Positions 48,105 to 55,811 of a stretch of 64,000 nucleotides of DNA are shown in pieces (within the stretch, counting starts at the first letter, position 1; every line of letters starts with the position of its first letter). Position numbers and translations under genes: made by a program. Location of the stretch: positions 64,001 through 128,000 of the IMG/VR virus record IMGVR_UViG_3300028800_000062. The stretch is one strand, 5' to 3'. A model generated the notes under the pieces. It made no database searches and was not told where the DNA came from. It saw nothing but the letters and a program-made list of their open reading frames with translations. This stretch comes from a virus.

Positions 48105-48538
48105 ACTCCTTTTACGTGCATGAGACTCTGAACGAGACGCACTACGTAGTAGCCAAATGAGGCGACCCCCATAATGCAGCTGAGGATGAGTCCCACGGCC
48201 ATGTAGCCTCCGCGGGCGAGCGTCAGGACTTTGTCCTTCTGCTTTTCACCCTTTTCCAGGTCGTCAATCCGCGAGCCGCTCTGTTCCAGTCTTTCTTTCA
48301 CCAGCGCGACTTCTCGCTCTTGGAGCGCATTCTGTACCGCCTGTGCGATGTTGATCTTTTCGTGTTCGGCGATCTTGCCGTTCAACCGCGCCAAGTGATC
48401 TATGGTTTGGCTCCCGATGGCCTTTAGGCTGGAAACATCCGTTGCCATCCCGTTCAACCGGGTGTCTACCCCGGCAAACCGGTCATTCATTTCGTGGCGC
48501 AGCTCTTTCAGCTCAGCAAAGATCCGATCCTCTGTCAT
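48101..48538 (-). CDS. Holin-like / hemolysin-XhlA-like membrane protein
   Basis: SD GGGAGG; coiled coil with HLARLNGKI; single C-terminal TM; adjacent to endolysin. Confidence 0.55.
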   Translation of the reverse strand: MTEDRIFAELKELRHEMNDRFAGVDTRLNGMATDVSSLKAIGSQTIDHLARLNGKIAEHEKINIAQAVQNALQEREVALVKERLEQSGSRIDDLEKGEKQKDKVLTLARGGYMAVGLILSCIMGVASFGYYVVRLVQSLMHVKGV

Positions 48539-48647
48539 GTGGCGGCCTCCCTATACAACGCCACACAGGAGGGTACCAGGGTAAAACAAAAGGAAAAACA
48601 AGAGAGGAATGGAGGAACCGGTCCATGGTGGGTGTTTAAGTCCGAGC

Positions 48648-49346
48648 CTAAGACGGCTTCTCGTCCTTTGCTAGTATAGCGGCGGGCTCTATCAGGAGCT
48701 GGCGGTAGGGAAAATAATCGATGTTGGGCAAGCCGTTTGTGGTGAGCGACATAACGGCATTGAAGTTCTCCGTGAAGCGGTTGGCGTGCGCGCCAGTGCC
48801 GCGGGGATACTGGCGCAGACGCCAACGATTCCCGGGAAGGGCCTCCTGGTACAAGCCTCCGGCGTTGTAAGCACAGGCGGCATAAACCGGGTCAAACCCG
48901 GTAATAGGTTTTAATTGCAATAGATAGGAGGCACAAGCCTCCAGGGAATTGGTGGGATTGATCAGCCAGGCGCGGTCGATCTTCGGGTTGTGCATGACGG
49001 AACGCGCGGTGCTGATCAGGAGCTGGCAAAAGCCGGCGCTGATCCGGCTGGGAGTCTCCTCATCGGAAATATAGCCCGGCTCTTCGCGAATGGAGGTTTC
49101 CGGATGAATAGGGGCGCCCTCGGTCAACGCGCAGGCCGCCAACAGTTCGAATGGAACGCGCTTGTCATTGGAGACTTTCCCAAACAAGGGAGCATAGAGA
49201 TCCGTGTAATGCTTGGCGCGCTGTTGCACGGCGGCGCCGGGCAGTACCAAACCCAAACCTTCAATCTCTAACCCCTGCATTCCCACTCTCCAGCGCACAC
49301 CGCCGGGAAACTTCGCATGGAATTCATTCAAGTTGACGTCAGGCAT
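48648..49346 (-). CDS. Endolysin, lytic transglycosylase (SLT) family
   Basis: ACALTEG (catalytic E), SAGFCQLL, AYNAG motifs. Confidence 0.8.
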   Translation of the reverse strand: MPDVNLNEFHAKFPGGVRWRVGMQGLEIEGLGLVLPGAAVQQRAKHYTDLYAPLFGKVSNDKRVPFELLAACALTEGAPIHPETSIREEPGYISDEETPSRISAGFCQLLISTARSVMHNPKIDRAWLINPTNSLEACASYLLQLKPITGFDPVYAACAYNAGGLYQEALPGNRWRLRQYPRGTGAHANRFTENFNAVMSLTTNGLPNIDYFPYRQLLIEPAAILAKDEKPS

Positions 49347-50442
49347 GTTCACACTCCACTACGGCTTGCTGCAACAAGCGCAAGATCTTGCTGTAAGACG
49401 ATCGGACGGTTTGTACTGGAATCAGCAGGGCATCCGCCACCTTTTCCCAAGTGAACTCCCGGACGAACACCAGATAAAGCAGATACCGGTCAATTTGAGA
49501 TAAGTCCCGAAACAGAGGGTCTTCCGTGTGCTTGACCCAGTCCAGATTGATCTCGCCTAGGTCCAACGGATGCAGATGGTTAATTACATTCACTGCCCAC
49601 CATTTCCCAGAGCGTTCCACAAACGCACCAGTGGAATTAAGAACAGCGCCGTCATCCCGGCCATCTGATTTCTCGCGGCCGAAGTCGAGGGAATAGATTC
49701 CTTCCTTGGTTTCGATCTCCGATCGGCCATGTTCGATGTACTGCTGGAGATAATACCGGAACCACGTCTGTAGGTAATATGTAAATCCGATGGGTCCGGC
49801 ATGCAGGTACTTGGCTGGGGGCGGCCAGGCAGCAGCCTTCCGCCGATATCGGCGCGGGCAGCCGACTTCCGGTGCCGGCTCCAGAAACCCATGGCGGCAG
49901 AGGATGCGCACAAAGCGAGTCCCGTCAAAGTCCAGGTGCTGGTTGAGTTCATCAATAGAAAAGTCATCTCCACAGGGTTTCTTCTTCTTCAGAATGGCCA
50001 CCACTTCCGCCACCTTGTCGGAATAGAGTGGATCGTACTTCTTGGCGGCCTTGAGCAGTTGTTCCATCAATACGTCGTAGATCTCATCCGATCCGAACCC
50101 TTTGAAAACCAGATGGAATGTGCGACATACCTGTAAGGTAGTAGCCTTGCTCATCTTCGTACCCTTGGGCACGAAATACTGGATGAACTGCTTGGTGTCA
50201 GCGTTAACCACCTTGGACATCCCGTCGAAACTGACGGGCATATGACCGCGGCAGATCATCAACAGGTACTTCATCAGATACCCGTGGAAAGCCTGGACTA
50301 TCTCGAGAAACTTGGCCCGTTTCTCTGCACCTTCTTCGAGCAGCGCATACTCGCTGCCCAGCCGGTTGGTCTCATCCAACGATAAGACCTTGCTTTCCCA
50401 GCCGGACGCATAATGGGACGCCGGCAATAAGACGGACTTCAT
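49339..50442 (-). CDS. Sigma-70-like phage transcription factor
   Basis: Region-2-like DEIYDVLMEQLLKAAKKYDP...GFTYYLQTWFRYYL and region-4 HTH LSQIDRYLLYL..FTWEKVADALLIPVQTVRS. Confidence 0.7.
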   Translation of the reverse strand: MKSVLLPASHYASGWESKVLSLDETNRLGSEYALLEEGAEKRAKFLEIVQAFHGYLMKYLLMICRGHMPVSFDGMSKVVNADTKQFIQYFVPKGTKMSKATTLQVCRTFHLVFKGFGSDEIYDVLMEQLLKAAKKYDPLYSDKVAEVVAILKKKKPCGDDFSIDELNQHLDFDGTRFVRILCRHGFLEPAPEVGCPRRYRRKAAAWPPPAKYLHAGPIGFTYYLQTWFRYYLQQYIEHGRSEIETKEGIYSLDFGREKSDGRDDGAVLNSTGAFVERSGKWWAVNVINHLHPLDLGEINLDWVKHTEDPLFRDLSQIDRYLLYLVFVREFTWEKVADALLIPVQTVRSSYSKILRLLQQAVVECEHA

Positions 50443-50494
50443 ATCGGACCCCTTCTCTCCAGGAGGAGGGTTGTACGGCTGTCTATGCAGCCTG

Positions 50495-51154
50495 TTAAAT
50501 GAAACTATCTAGCGAGTTGGTATCTTCGCTCTCTGCTGTCTTCAGGATCTCGTCCAGCCGATTGAGATCCTGGGTACTGCTGGTCTTGATCTTCTTGGGG
50601 CGAGGGGTGACCACTTTAGCCGGCAGAAGGCCCAGGCATTTGCGCCGGGTGTACTCACCGATCAAACAGGCCTCCGCACGGCCGTCATGCTTCACCAGAG
50701 TCAGGTAAGACACGGCGCCCTTGATGATTTGCTGGGCTTTCAGAATGGAGTCGGCTTTATCGCTCCCCGAGAGTCCGAATACCTTCTTCCAGACCTGCGG
50801 AGTAATATAGTCCAGGGTCAAGCCTAGGGCACCGATAATGCCCTCCCAGGTCCCTACGCCACGGCCCATCGAGAACATGCTGGTGACACCCTGTTCCGGC
50901 CGCGCTGAAACCTGTTCGAGCCCAATCATCTGTACATTTCCCTGGTCCTGCGCCAAACGCAACAGCTGGACCATAGACCCGACCATATAGTGCTTCTTGT
51001 GCATGGCGCCGCCGCTCTTGCTCTTCTTGCCCTTCTGAACCACACTGATCACCGGGGTATCGGAAACCGATACCAGCGTTCCGGACGCATCCAGCACAGC
51101 TAGCGCGCCGCTCAGCCCGGGATCAATGCCAATGTAAAAGTCGTTGTTCATCAT
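50495..51154 (-). CDS. RuvC-like Holliday junction resolvase (phage type)
   Basis: IGIDPGLSGA, LEQV, SMFSMG, PQVWKK, HDGRAEA motifs. Confidence 0.85.
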   Translation of the reverse strand: MMNNDFYIGIDPGLSGALAVLDASGTLVSVSDTPVISVVQKGKKSKSGGAMHKKHYMVGSMVQLLRLAQDQGNVQMIGLEQVSARPEQGVTSMFSMGRGVGTWEGIIGALGLTLDYITPQVWKKVFGLSGSDKADSILKAQQIIKGAVSYLTLVKHDGRAEACLIGEYTRRKCLGLLPAKVVTPRPKKIKTSSTQDLNRLDEILKTAESEDTNSLDSFI

Positions 51155-51169
51155 CGCCTGCCTGTTTAG

Positions 51170-51198
51170 AATATAACATACTGTTAGTTAGACCACAA
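51170..51198 (-). promoter_or_regulatory. Putative sigma70 promoter for the resolvase-sigma-lysin genes
   Basis: Minus strand TTGTGG-17-TATATT with extended -10 TG. Confidence 0.45.
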
Positions 51199-51242
51199 GG
51201 GAAAAAGAGTAGGGAAATGTCTGAAATAGGGGAAAAAAGGCC

Positions 51243-51271
51243 TTGACAGCCGGCAGCAGAAGATTTAGAAT
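51243..51271 (+). promoter_or_regulatory. Near-consensus sigma70 promoter with no downstream plus-strand CDS
   Basis: TTGACA-17-TAGAAT. Confidence 0.7.
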
Positions 51272-51277
51272 CGAACC

Positions 51278-51368
51278 AGGTCCGGACCTTCCTCGAGAAG
51301 GCACAAGCTGGATTTAGAACTTCTAAACTCGGGGGCCGGCGGCTCGTACAGAGTCTCCGGCTCTTCCC
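51278..51368 (+). ncRNA. Candidate ~90-nt structured small RNA
   Basis: Follows a strong promoter; stems CCTTC/GAAGG, TTTAGAA/TTCTAAA and a long GC-rich terminal hairpin. Confidence 0.5.
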
Positions 51369-51371
51369 GTA

Positions 51372-51740
51372 TCAGTAACCGCGACGGACAATCTCTTCCG
51401 CCTCTTCCATGGAAATCGTCTTCTTGTCTACGGCGCCATTGAACCGCCGCAGATCCTGGCCCCCTTCTGGAAAACGAATCAGGTAGAGATCCCCATGGAC
51501 ATCCTCCACTACCATCGTTATACGGTTGGGGGACACACCCCAGCGCTCGCAGATATGGACCGCCAGGCTATCCACGCTGGCCAAGGCTCCCAAGCCGACA
51601 TCCCAGTCGGTATCTGTGATCCAAGCCGTGGTCCAGAATGAACCGATAAACAATCGAACGCGCGCCTTTGAAGGCCGGTCGTTCTGCGTCATATAGACCA
51701 AAGGACGGTCCATATTCGGCTTGGGTAATGCAACAGTCAA
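51372..51740 (-). CDS. Hypothetical protein
   Basis: SD AGGAGG before TTG; 122 aa. Confidence 0.6.
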   Translation of the reverse strand: MTVALPKPNMDRPLVYMTQNDRPSKARVRLFIGSFWTTAWITDTDWDVGLGALASVDSLAVHICERWGVSPNRITMVVEDVHGDLYLIRFPEGGQDLRRFNGAVDKKTISMEEAEEIVRRGY

Positions 51741-51743
51741 ACT

Positions 51744-52136
51744 TTAACCTCCTGCTTGCGATTCCAGGCGTACGGGCCGGTAGCCCTTGGCGGTCTTCGA
51801 CAACCGTCCCTTCTTCGTCAGCTCATAGATAGCGGAATAGATCCGGCTCGATTTGGTATCTGCATTCAGGTATTGTGCGTCTCGCAGCAATTGAATAATT
51901 GCACCCGTAGGTAACGCACGGCGCGATGTTTTCAGGACTTCATAAACCGCGTCGGTAGTGGGTAAGCCATGCAATGCAACCTGGTCTAAATGCTCTCCCA
52001 AACGAGGTGTGGGCTCCGATGCAGCTTTGGCCGGCTTATGATTGAGTACGGAACTCAAGGTGTCCCGTGCGGATTCCAAATTGTGTAGTTCCTGCCGGCG
52101 TTGTTCAATGAGTGTGTCCAGTTCAGACAAATCCAT
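51744..52136 (-). CDS. Coiled-coil + winged-HTH DNA-binding protein
   Basis: DAVYEVLKTSRRALPTGAIIQLL..IYSAIYELTKKGRLSKTAKGY wHTH pattern. Confidence 0.65.
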   Translation of the reverse strand: MDLSELDTLIEQRRQELHNLESARDTLSSVLNHKPAKAASEPTPRLGEHLDQVALHGLPTTDAVYEVLKTSRRALPTGAIIQLLRDAQYLNADTKSSRIYSAIYELTKKGRLSKTAKGYRPVRLESQAGG

Positions 52137-52140
52137 GTGG

Positions 52141-52599
52141 CTACCTCGGTAAAAAGATGCGGATGTCTACATCCGTCAGACTGCCTAATTCTTTGTCGAG
52201 AATAGAACGAACTTCGGCAAATTGCAAGCCTCCCAGGCCACAACCGAGAGCCGGCACGGCAATCGAAGCGATCCCGATCGACCGTATCGCGCGACGGATT
52301 TCCGCAATTCCCTGCCCCACCCATTCGATCCGCGAAGGCTGCTTCCAGTGGTCCTTGGTGGCCACATTGAACACCCATTCGGGAAAGACTCCGTCCGGAT
52401 TGACCTTGACTGGCTGTAGGTTGCCTGGTTGCAGCTGCCCCTGCGCGCAGAAGCGTTTGTACTCCGCAAACATGCGCGGCCAGTGCATGCGAAACTGCAA
52501 CGCCAGGCCGGCGCCCATCACACCTTGTGTGTTGACGGCATTGACCAGCGCCTGGCAGCCGCTGGTGAGTATATTACCAGATGTCAAATAACTCAGCAT
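52141..52599 (-). CDS. Macro domain protein (Poa1p/DarG-like ADP-ribose hydrolase)
   Basis: LVNAVNTQGVMGAGLALQF, NVATKDHW, SIAVPALGCGLGGL. Confidence 0.9.
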   Translation of the reverse strand: MLSYLTSGNILTSGCQALVNAVNTQGVMGAGLALQFRMHWPRMFAEYKRFCAQGQLQPGNLQPVKVNPDGVFPEWVFNVATKDHWKQPSRIEWVGQGIAEIRRAIRSIGIASIAVPALGCGLGGLQFAEVRSILDKELGSLTDVDIRIFLPR

Positions 52600-52609
52600 G
52601 TTTCCTCCT

Positions 52610-52846
52610 TTACCATTTCGATAGCAGAGTCAACCGCTCATAACTGTCCCGGCGGTCGCGTTGCTGGGATGTGGCCACGCCGGCATTGCAATCGACTTCG
52701 CAGGCATTGTAGTCATCCCATTCCGCAGCATTCAGCATGGACTTCAATTTGTCGCGAAACTCAGTGTGCCGGATCCACGACCGCGCGCCCTGCACCAAAG
52801 GAGAACCGGATTGGGGCAGAGGGTTTGATTTGTCGTTTGTATTCAT
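52610..52846 (-). CDS. Hypothetical protein
   Basis: ATGA-coupled to the initiator gene; SD AAAGGA. Confidence 0.5.
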   Translation of the reverse strand: MNTNDKSNPLPQSGSPLVQGARSWIRHTEFRDKLKSMLNAAEWDDYNACEVDCNAGVATSQQRDRRDSYERLTLLSKW

Positions 52847-53724
52847 GGAAATCCTTTCATTTTGCGTTGTTTCATCATAGCCTCAACAATCGGCCGTAAT
52901 CCAGGGGCGCCGACGCGTTCGCATTCACAGAGACCGCAGACCGTTTCTCCGGAAGGCAACTGCTTCCAGGACCGGGTCTGACATCTGGGACAAAACGCGA
53001 CGCTTGCGTCGCTGCTTACGGTTCTTAAAGGTTTAAGACTGTATGTCCTGCTGGCAGGACTACCTAGTCTCGCTGGCAGGACTTCTTGTGGAAAAGAAGT
53101 CTCGCTGGCAGGACTACTAGTCTCGCCCGCAGGACTACTTTGGGGAAATTCCAAAGAAGTCCCGGCAGCAGGACTACTTTCCAAGGAAGTCGTGTCAGGC
53201 TCCGATACGGAAGTGACTGAGGATGCAGTGCTTGCGTGAAAAGAAGTCTCGCTGGCAGGACTTCTTCGCACCGTTTGTGGATCGCCGGACCGGCGGCCCA
53301 TCAGAATTACCGGATCGCCACTGTACAGCACATCCAGATTCACGCAGTATTCATGCACGGCGCCCTTGTGGTAACCATCCTTGCGAATCAATCCGCAAGC
53401 CAGAATGGGAGCCAGGTGGACATGCACATTCGAGCGGGTCACGCCCATCCCTGCCCGGCCGGCAATGCCGTTGGCAAACTGGTCGACCGAGATAGGATCC
53501 GTTGATTTGCCGAAACCGAGAGTCTGGCGCAGGATAAACTCCACCGCGCGGTACTCCGGAGGCTTCAGTACACCAGCCCAGTGATCCTGCAGCGCGAGCA
53601 TGGCTTTGGCAAACTTCACCAGGTGCGCCTGGTCCCGCAATCTCTGGAGTTCGTCCCAAGGGAATACAGAAGTACTTGACTTCCCTTCCGCAGGCTGTGC
53701 TACACTTCTGCTGATACGGTTCAT
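52843..53724 (-). CDS. Replication initiator, lambda O-like N-terminal HTH, C-terminal Zn ribbon
   Basis: EYRAVEFILRQTLGFGKSTDPISVDQF matches the phage O N-domain; internal iterons; CPRC..CGLC. Confidence 0.75.
   Translation of the reverse strand: MNRISRSVAQPAEGKSSTSVFPWDELQRLRDQAHLVKFAKAMLALQDHWAGVLKPPEYRAVEFILRQTLGFGKSTDPISVDQFANGIAGRAGMGVTRSNVHVHLAPILACGLIRKDGYHKGAVHEYCVNLDVLYSGDPVILMGRRSGDPQTVRRSPASETSFHASTASSVTSVSEPDTTSLESSPAAGTSLEFPQSSPAGETSSPASETSFPQEVLPARLGSPASRTYSLKPLRTVSSDASVAFCPRCQTRSWKQLPSGETVCGLCECERVGAPGLRPIVEAMMKQRKMKGFP
53044..53262. repeat. Six 18-bp iterons (AGTCTCGCTGGCAGGACT), putative replication origin
   Basis: Copies start at 53044, 53066, 53098, 53119, 53158, 53245; three are exact; palindromic ends AGTC/GACT. 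Confidence 0.85.
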
Positions 53725-53790
53725 AGGCCGTTCACTACTCGTCGGAATTTAGAATCCTAAAGAGGTCCTGCTCGCTACAGGGCCTCTTTG
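53713..53790 (+). ncRNA. Candidate countertranscript antisense to the rep leader
   Basis: Upstream TTGACT (53676) and extended -10 TGcTACACT (53698-53706); ends in hairpin AAAGAGGTCCTG..CAGGGCCTCTTT. Confidence 0.5.
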
Positions 53791-53801
53791 CATTTCCGAT
53801 T

Positions 53802-53830
53802 ACGATATCAGTAAACTCCTACCATAACAA
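53802..53830 (-). promoter_or_regulatory. Putative rep promoter
   Basis: Minus strand TTGTTA-17-TATCGT with extended -10 TG. Confidence 0.5.
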
Positions 53831-53847
53831 GAGCGTGGCGCATTTTG

Positions 53848-54030
53848 GATGCAGTTCGTCAGCTTGCAACCTTGTCAGCTTGGCATGCAGGCAGGCAGGC
53901 ATTTGCACATGCAGCCAGCCATGCAGCTTGGCATGCAAGTGTTCATGCAGTCATACATGCAGCCAGTCATGCAGATGCACATACAGCCACCAAACTGTCT
54001 GACCAGTTGACAAGCCACGCAGCTGCCTGT
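53848..54030. repeat. Centromere-like array upstream of parA (CATGCA-core repeats, ~12-bp period)
   Basis: CATGCAG/CATGCAA recurs at regular spacing (catgcagccagc catgcagcttgg catgcaagtgtt catgcagtcata catgcagccagt catgcagatgca). Confidence 0.75.
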
Positions 54031-54035
54031 ATAGT
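54007..54035 (+). promoter_or_regulatory. parA promoter
   Basis: TTGACA-17-TATAGT, 8 nt before ATG 54044. Confidence 0.75.
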
Positions 54036-54043
54036 TGGCAAAC

Positions 54044-54763
54044 ATGTCAACAGTCATTGCAGTTGCCAACCAGAAAGGCGGTTGCGGCAAGACCACGGTC
54101 ACCCTGAATCTGGCCGCCGGCCTGGCCGAGGCAGGGAAGCAAGTCCTTGTAATTGATGCAGATCCGCAGGGAACCGCACAATACTGGCGGAGCCTGCGGC
54201 AGGACAACAACCCACCCTTCCAACTCATCACGCTGGCCTCGGCCGTCATCCATGAGGAGATCCGGGGACTCCTCGAGCACTCCGAGTACGATATCTTCCT
54301 GATCGACTGTCCGCCCGGCGGCAACCTGAAAGGGCAGGGAACTGCCCAGATCACCCGCGCCGCGCTCCTGGTGGCGAACATGGTCATCATCCCGGTGGTG
54401 CCGAGCGGCCCCGATTACTGGGCAGCGCAGGATATGCTCCTGCTTATTGAAAGCGCCCAGCTCATCAATCCGCAGTTGATCCCCATGGTGCTGATCAACC
54501 GCAAGAATCCCACCACCCGGACGGGCAGGGAAGCCCGCGTGGCGGCCGAACATTTCCACCTCTCCGTCTTCGAGACCGAAATCATCCAGCGTACGGCCAT
54601 TATCGACAGCATGCTGGACGGCCGGACCGTGCTCGAATATCACCGCGGCAATCAATCGATCGCCGAGTTTCAACTCTTAACCAAGGAGGTCCTGGACATC
54701 AATGAGCGAACCCAAACCAAGTCTGTTGAACAGCATGCGACGTCCACCGTCATCGGAGGTTGA
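54044..54763 (+). CDS. parA: ParA family partition ATPase (short type Ib / ParF-like)
   Basis: Deviant Walker A KGGCGKTT, IDADPQG, IDCPP; no N-terminal HTH. Confidence 0.93.
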   Translation: MSTVIAVANQKGGCGKTTVTLNLAAGLAEAGKQVLVIDADPQGTAQYWRSLRQDNNPPFQLITLASAVIHEEIRGLLEHSEYDIFLIDCPPGGNLKGQGTAQITRAALLVANMVIIPVVPSGPDYWAAQDMLLLIESAQLINPQLIPMVLINRKNPTTRTGREARVAAEHFHLSVFETEIIQRTAIIDSMLDGRTVLEYHRGNQSIAEFQLLTKEVLDINERTQTKSVEQHATSTVIGG

Positions 54764-55016
54764 ACGCGCCTTTGTGGAGGGCGGGGAAGTCCAACCCAAA
54801 CCGATCCGGAGTCCCATCGAGAACCTGGATATCGCCAGGCTGCAGCGCCCGAAACGGGTTCTGCGGGTGCATGCAACCTTCAATCTTCCCGATCGGATCC
54901 AGACCCGGTTGAAGAAGATCTCAAACCGGACCGATATCGACATGGTCGACATCGTGGCCGCCGCGCTCGACAAATACCTGGATACGCTGGCCGCGCACTT
55001 CAATATAGAGGACTGA
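54702..55016 (+). CDS. Centromere-binding ribbon-helix-helix protein (ParG-like)
   Basis: SD AAGGAGG; flexible N-terminus plus HATFNLPDRIQTRLKKIS..MVDIVAAALDKYL RHH; overlaps parA. Confidence 0.75.
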   Translation: MSEPKPSLLNSMRRPPSSEVERAFVEGGEVQPKPIRSPIENLDIARLQRPKRVLRVHATFNLPDRIQTRLKKISNRTDIDMVDIVAAALDKYLDTLAAHFNIED

Positions 55017-55057
55017 ATTTGTAAACCTTAGGTAGGCAAATCCGGGGAAAGTTAAAC

Positions 55058-55112
55058 CACAGCCAAGCTGCATATGCAGCTGCATGATAGGCTGCACGTG
55101 CAACTGCATGTG
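55058..55112. repeat. Second centromere-like TGCA array downstream of the par genes
   Basis: gctgcatatgcagctgcatgataggctgcacgtgcaactgcatgtg; same core as the upstream array. Confidence 0.65.
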
Positions 55113-55544
55113 TAATCGTAGGCAACGGTGTTTCGCCGCTGATCCTGGAAACAGCCGGAAGTGGCAGCGCTTCGACAATCGTCGGCAACCAATCAACTGA
55201 TTCTACTGCACTTGGATAGCGCATGGTAGATGCCGGAGAACGGCAGCGATTATGCGCACCTGCGCAATACGGCCTCCCAATGCACGATAAGGGTACATAT
55301 CGTGCATTCGCTCCAAATGGGGGTATTATCGCTAGCTCAAACTCGATCGCATCCAAGCAGACCCCTATTTGCGGCATCCTTATCACCTGATATCTTCAAG
55401 AAGAACTCGCCAATAGACGACCTATTCAAGGCGCGAAGCGAGTTTGCACTTGAGAATCGGAGGAATACCCTTATGATGCACGACCCTATCATCATCATCA
55501 TTGATGGGCTGTTGAAGTGGATAGCATTCCTGCTGGCGACCCAC

Positions 55545-55575
55545 TGCACTGCGCCTTTCTTTCTCCTACACTGAA
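55545..55575 (+). repeat. 31-bp direct repeat copy 1 (decayed copy of HNH promoter)
   Basis: 30/31 identical to 56219-56249. Confidence 0.85.
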
Positions 55576-55715
55576 ACACGCCAACTGGCGCCGCTCCTGG
55601 AATGTGCTATCTTCAAGGGAACCCGCCGAAAGACGTCCTTCGAGGCGCAGGGCGAGTTGCAGTATAATGAAGGAAGGCCTGCAGGCCAGTCGAAACCGAC
55701 CTGCAGGATCGAAGA

Positions 55716-55811
55716 CTACTTGGAACGGCGTTTGATCCGTTTTACACGGATCTTGACCGTGATCGCCACTGTAATGACGATCGTAGCGGTGATACCGAGG
55801 ATAGACATCAT
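55716..55811 (-). CDS. Candidate type I toxin-like peptide (31 aa, MMSILGITATIVITVAITVKIRVKRIKRRSK)
   Basis: SD GGAGAGGAGG 9 nt upstream; hydrophobic core plus basic tail; hairpin after stop; convergent TATAAT at 55663. Confidence 0.5.
   Translation of the reverse strand: MMSILGITATIVITVAITVKIRVKRIKRRSK

Noticed and set aside
1-49346. Extracellular contractile injection system / tailocin rather than phage
   Set aside because: Contiguous with primase, resolvase, initiator, sigma and dense small phage genes. Capsid genes are not visible here, so phage identity rests on context.
51278-51368. tRNA
   Set aside because: No cloverleaf, T-loop consensus in the proper position, or acceptor stem/CCA.
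53044-53262. CRISPR-like array
   Set aside because: Repeats are 18 bp with very short, irregular spacers, lie in-frame within a gene, and no cas genes are present; iterons fit better.
53845-54390. Repetitive ORFs 53845..54156 (+) and 53875..54390 (-)
   Set aside because: Translation artefacts of the CATGCA centromere array and parA antisense.
55113-55544. ORFs 55230..55574 (+), 55000..55386 (-), 55337..55579 (-)
   Set aside because: Mutually overlapping, no convincing RBS or motif; region may be a decayed insert and could not be called.
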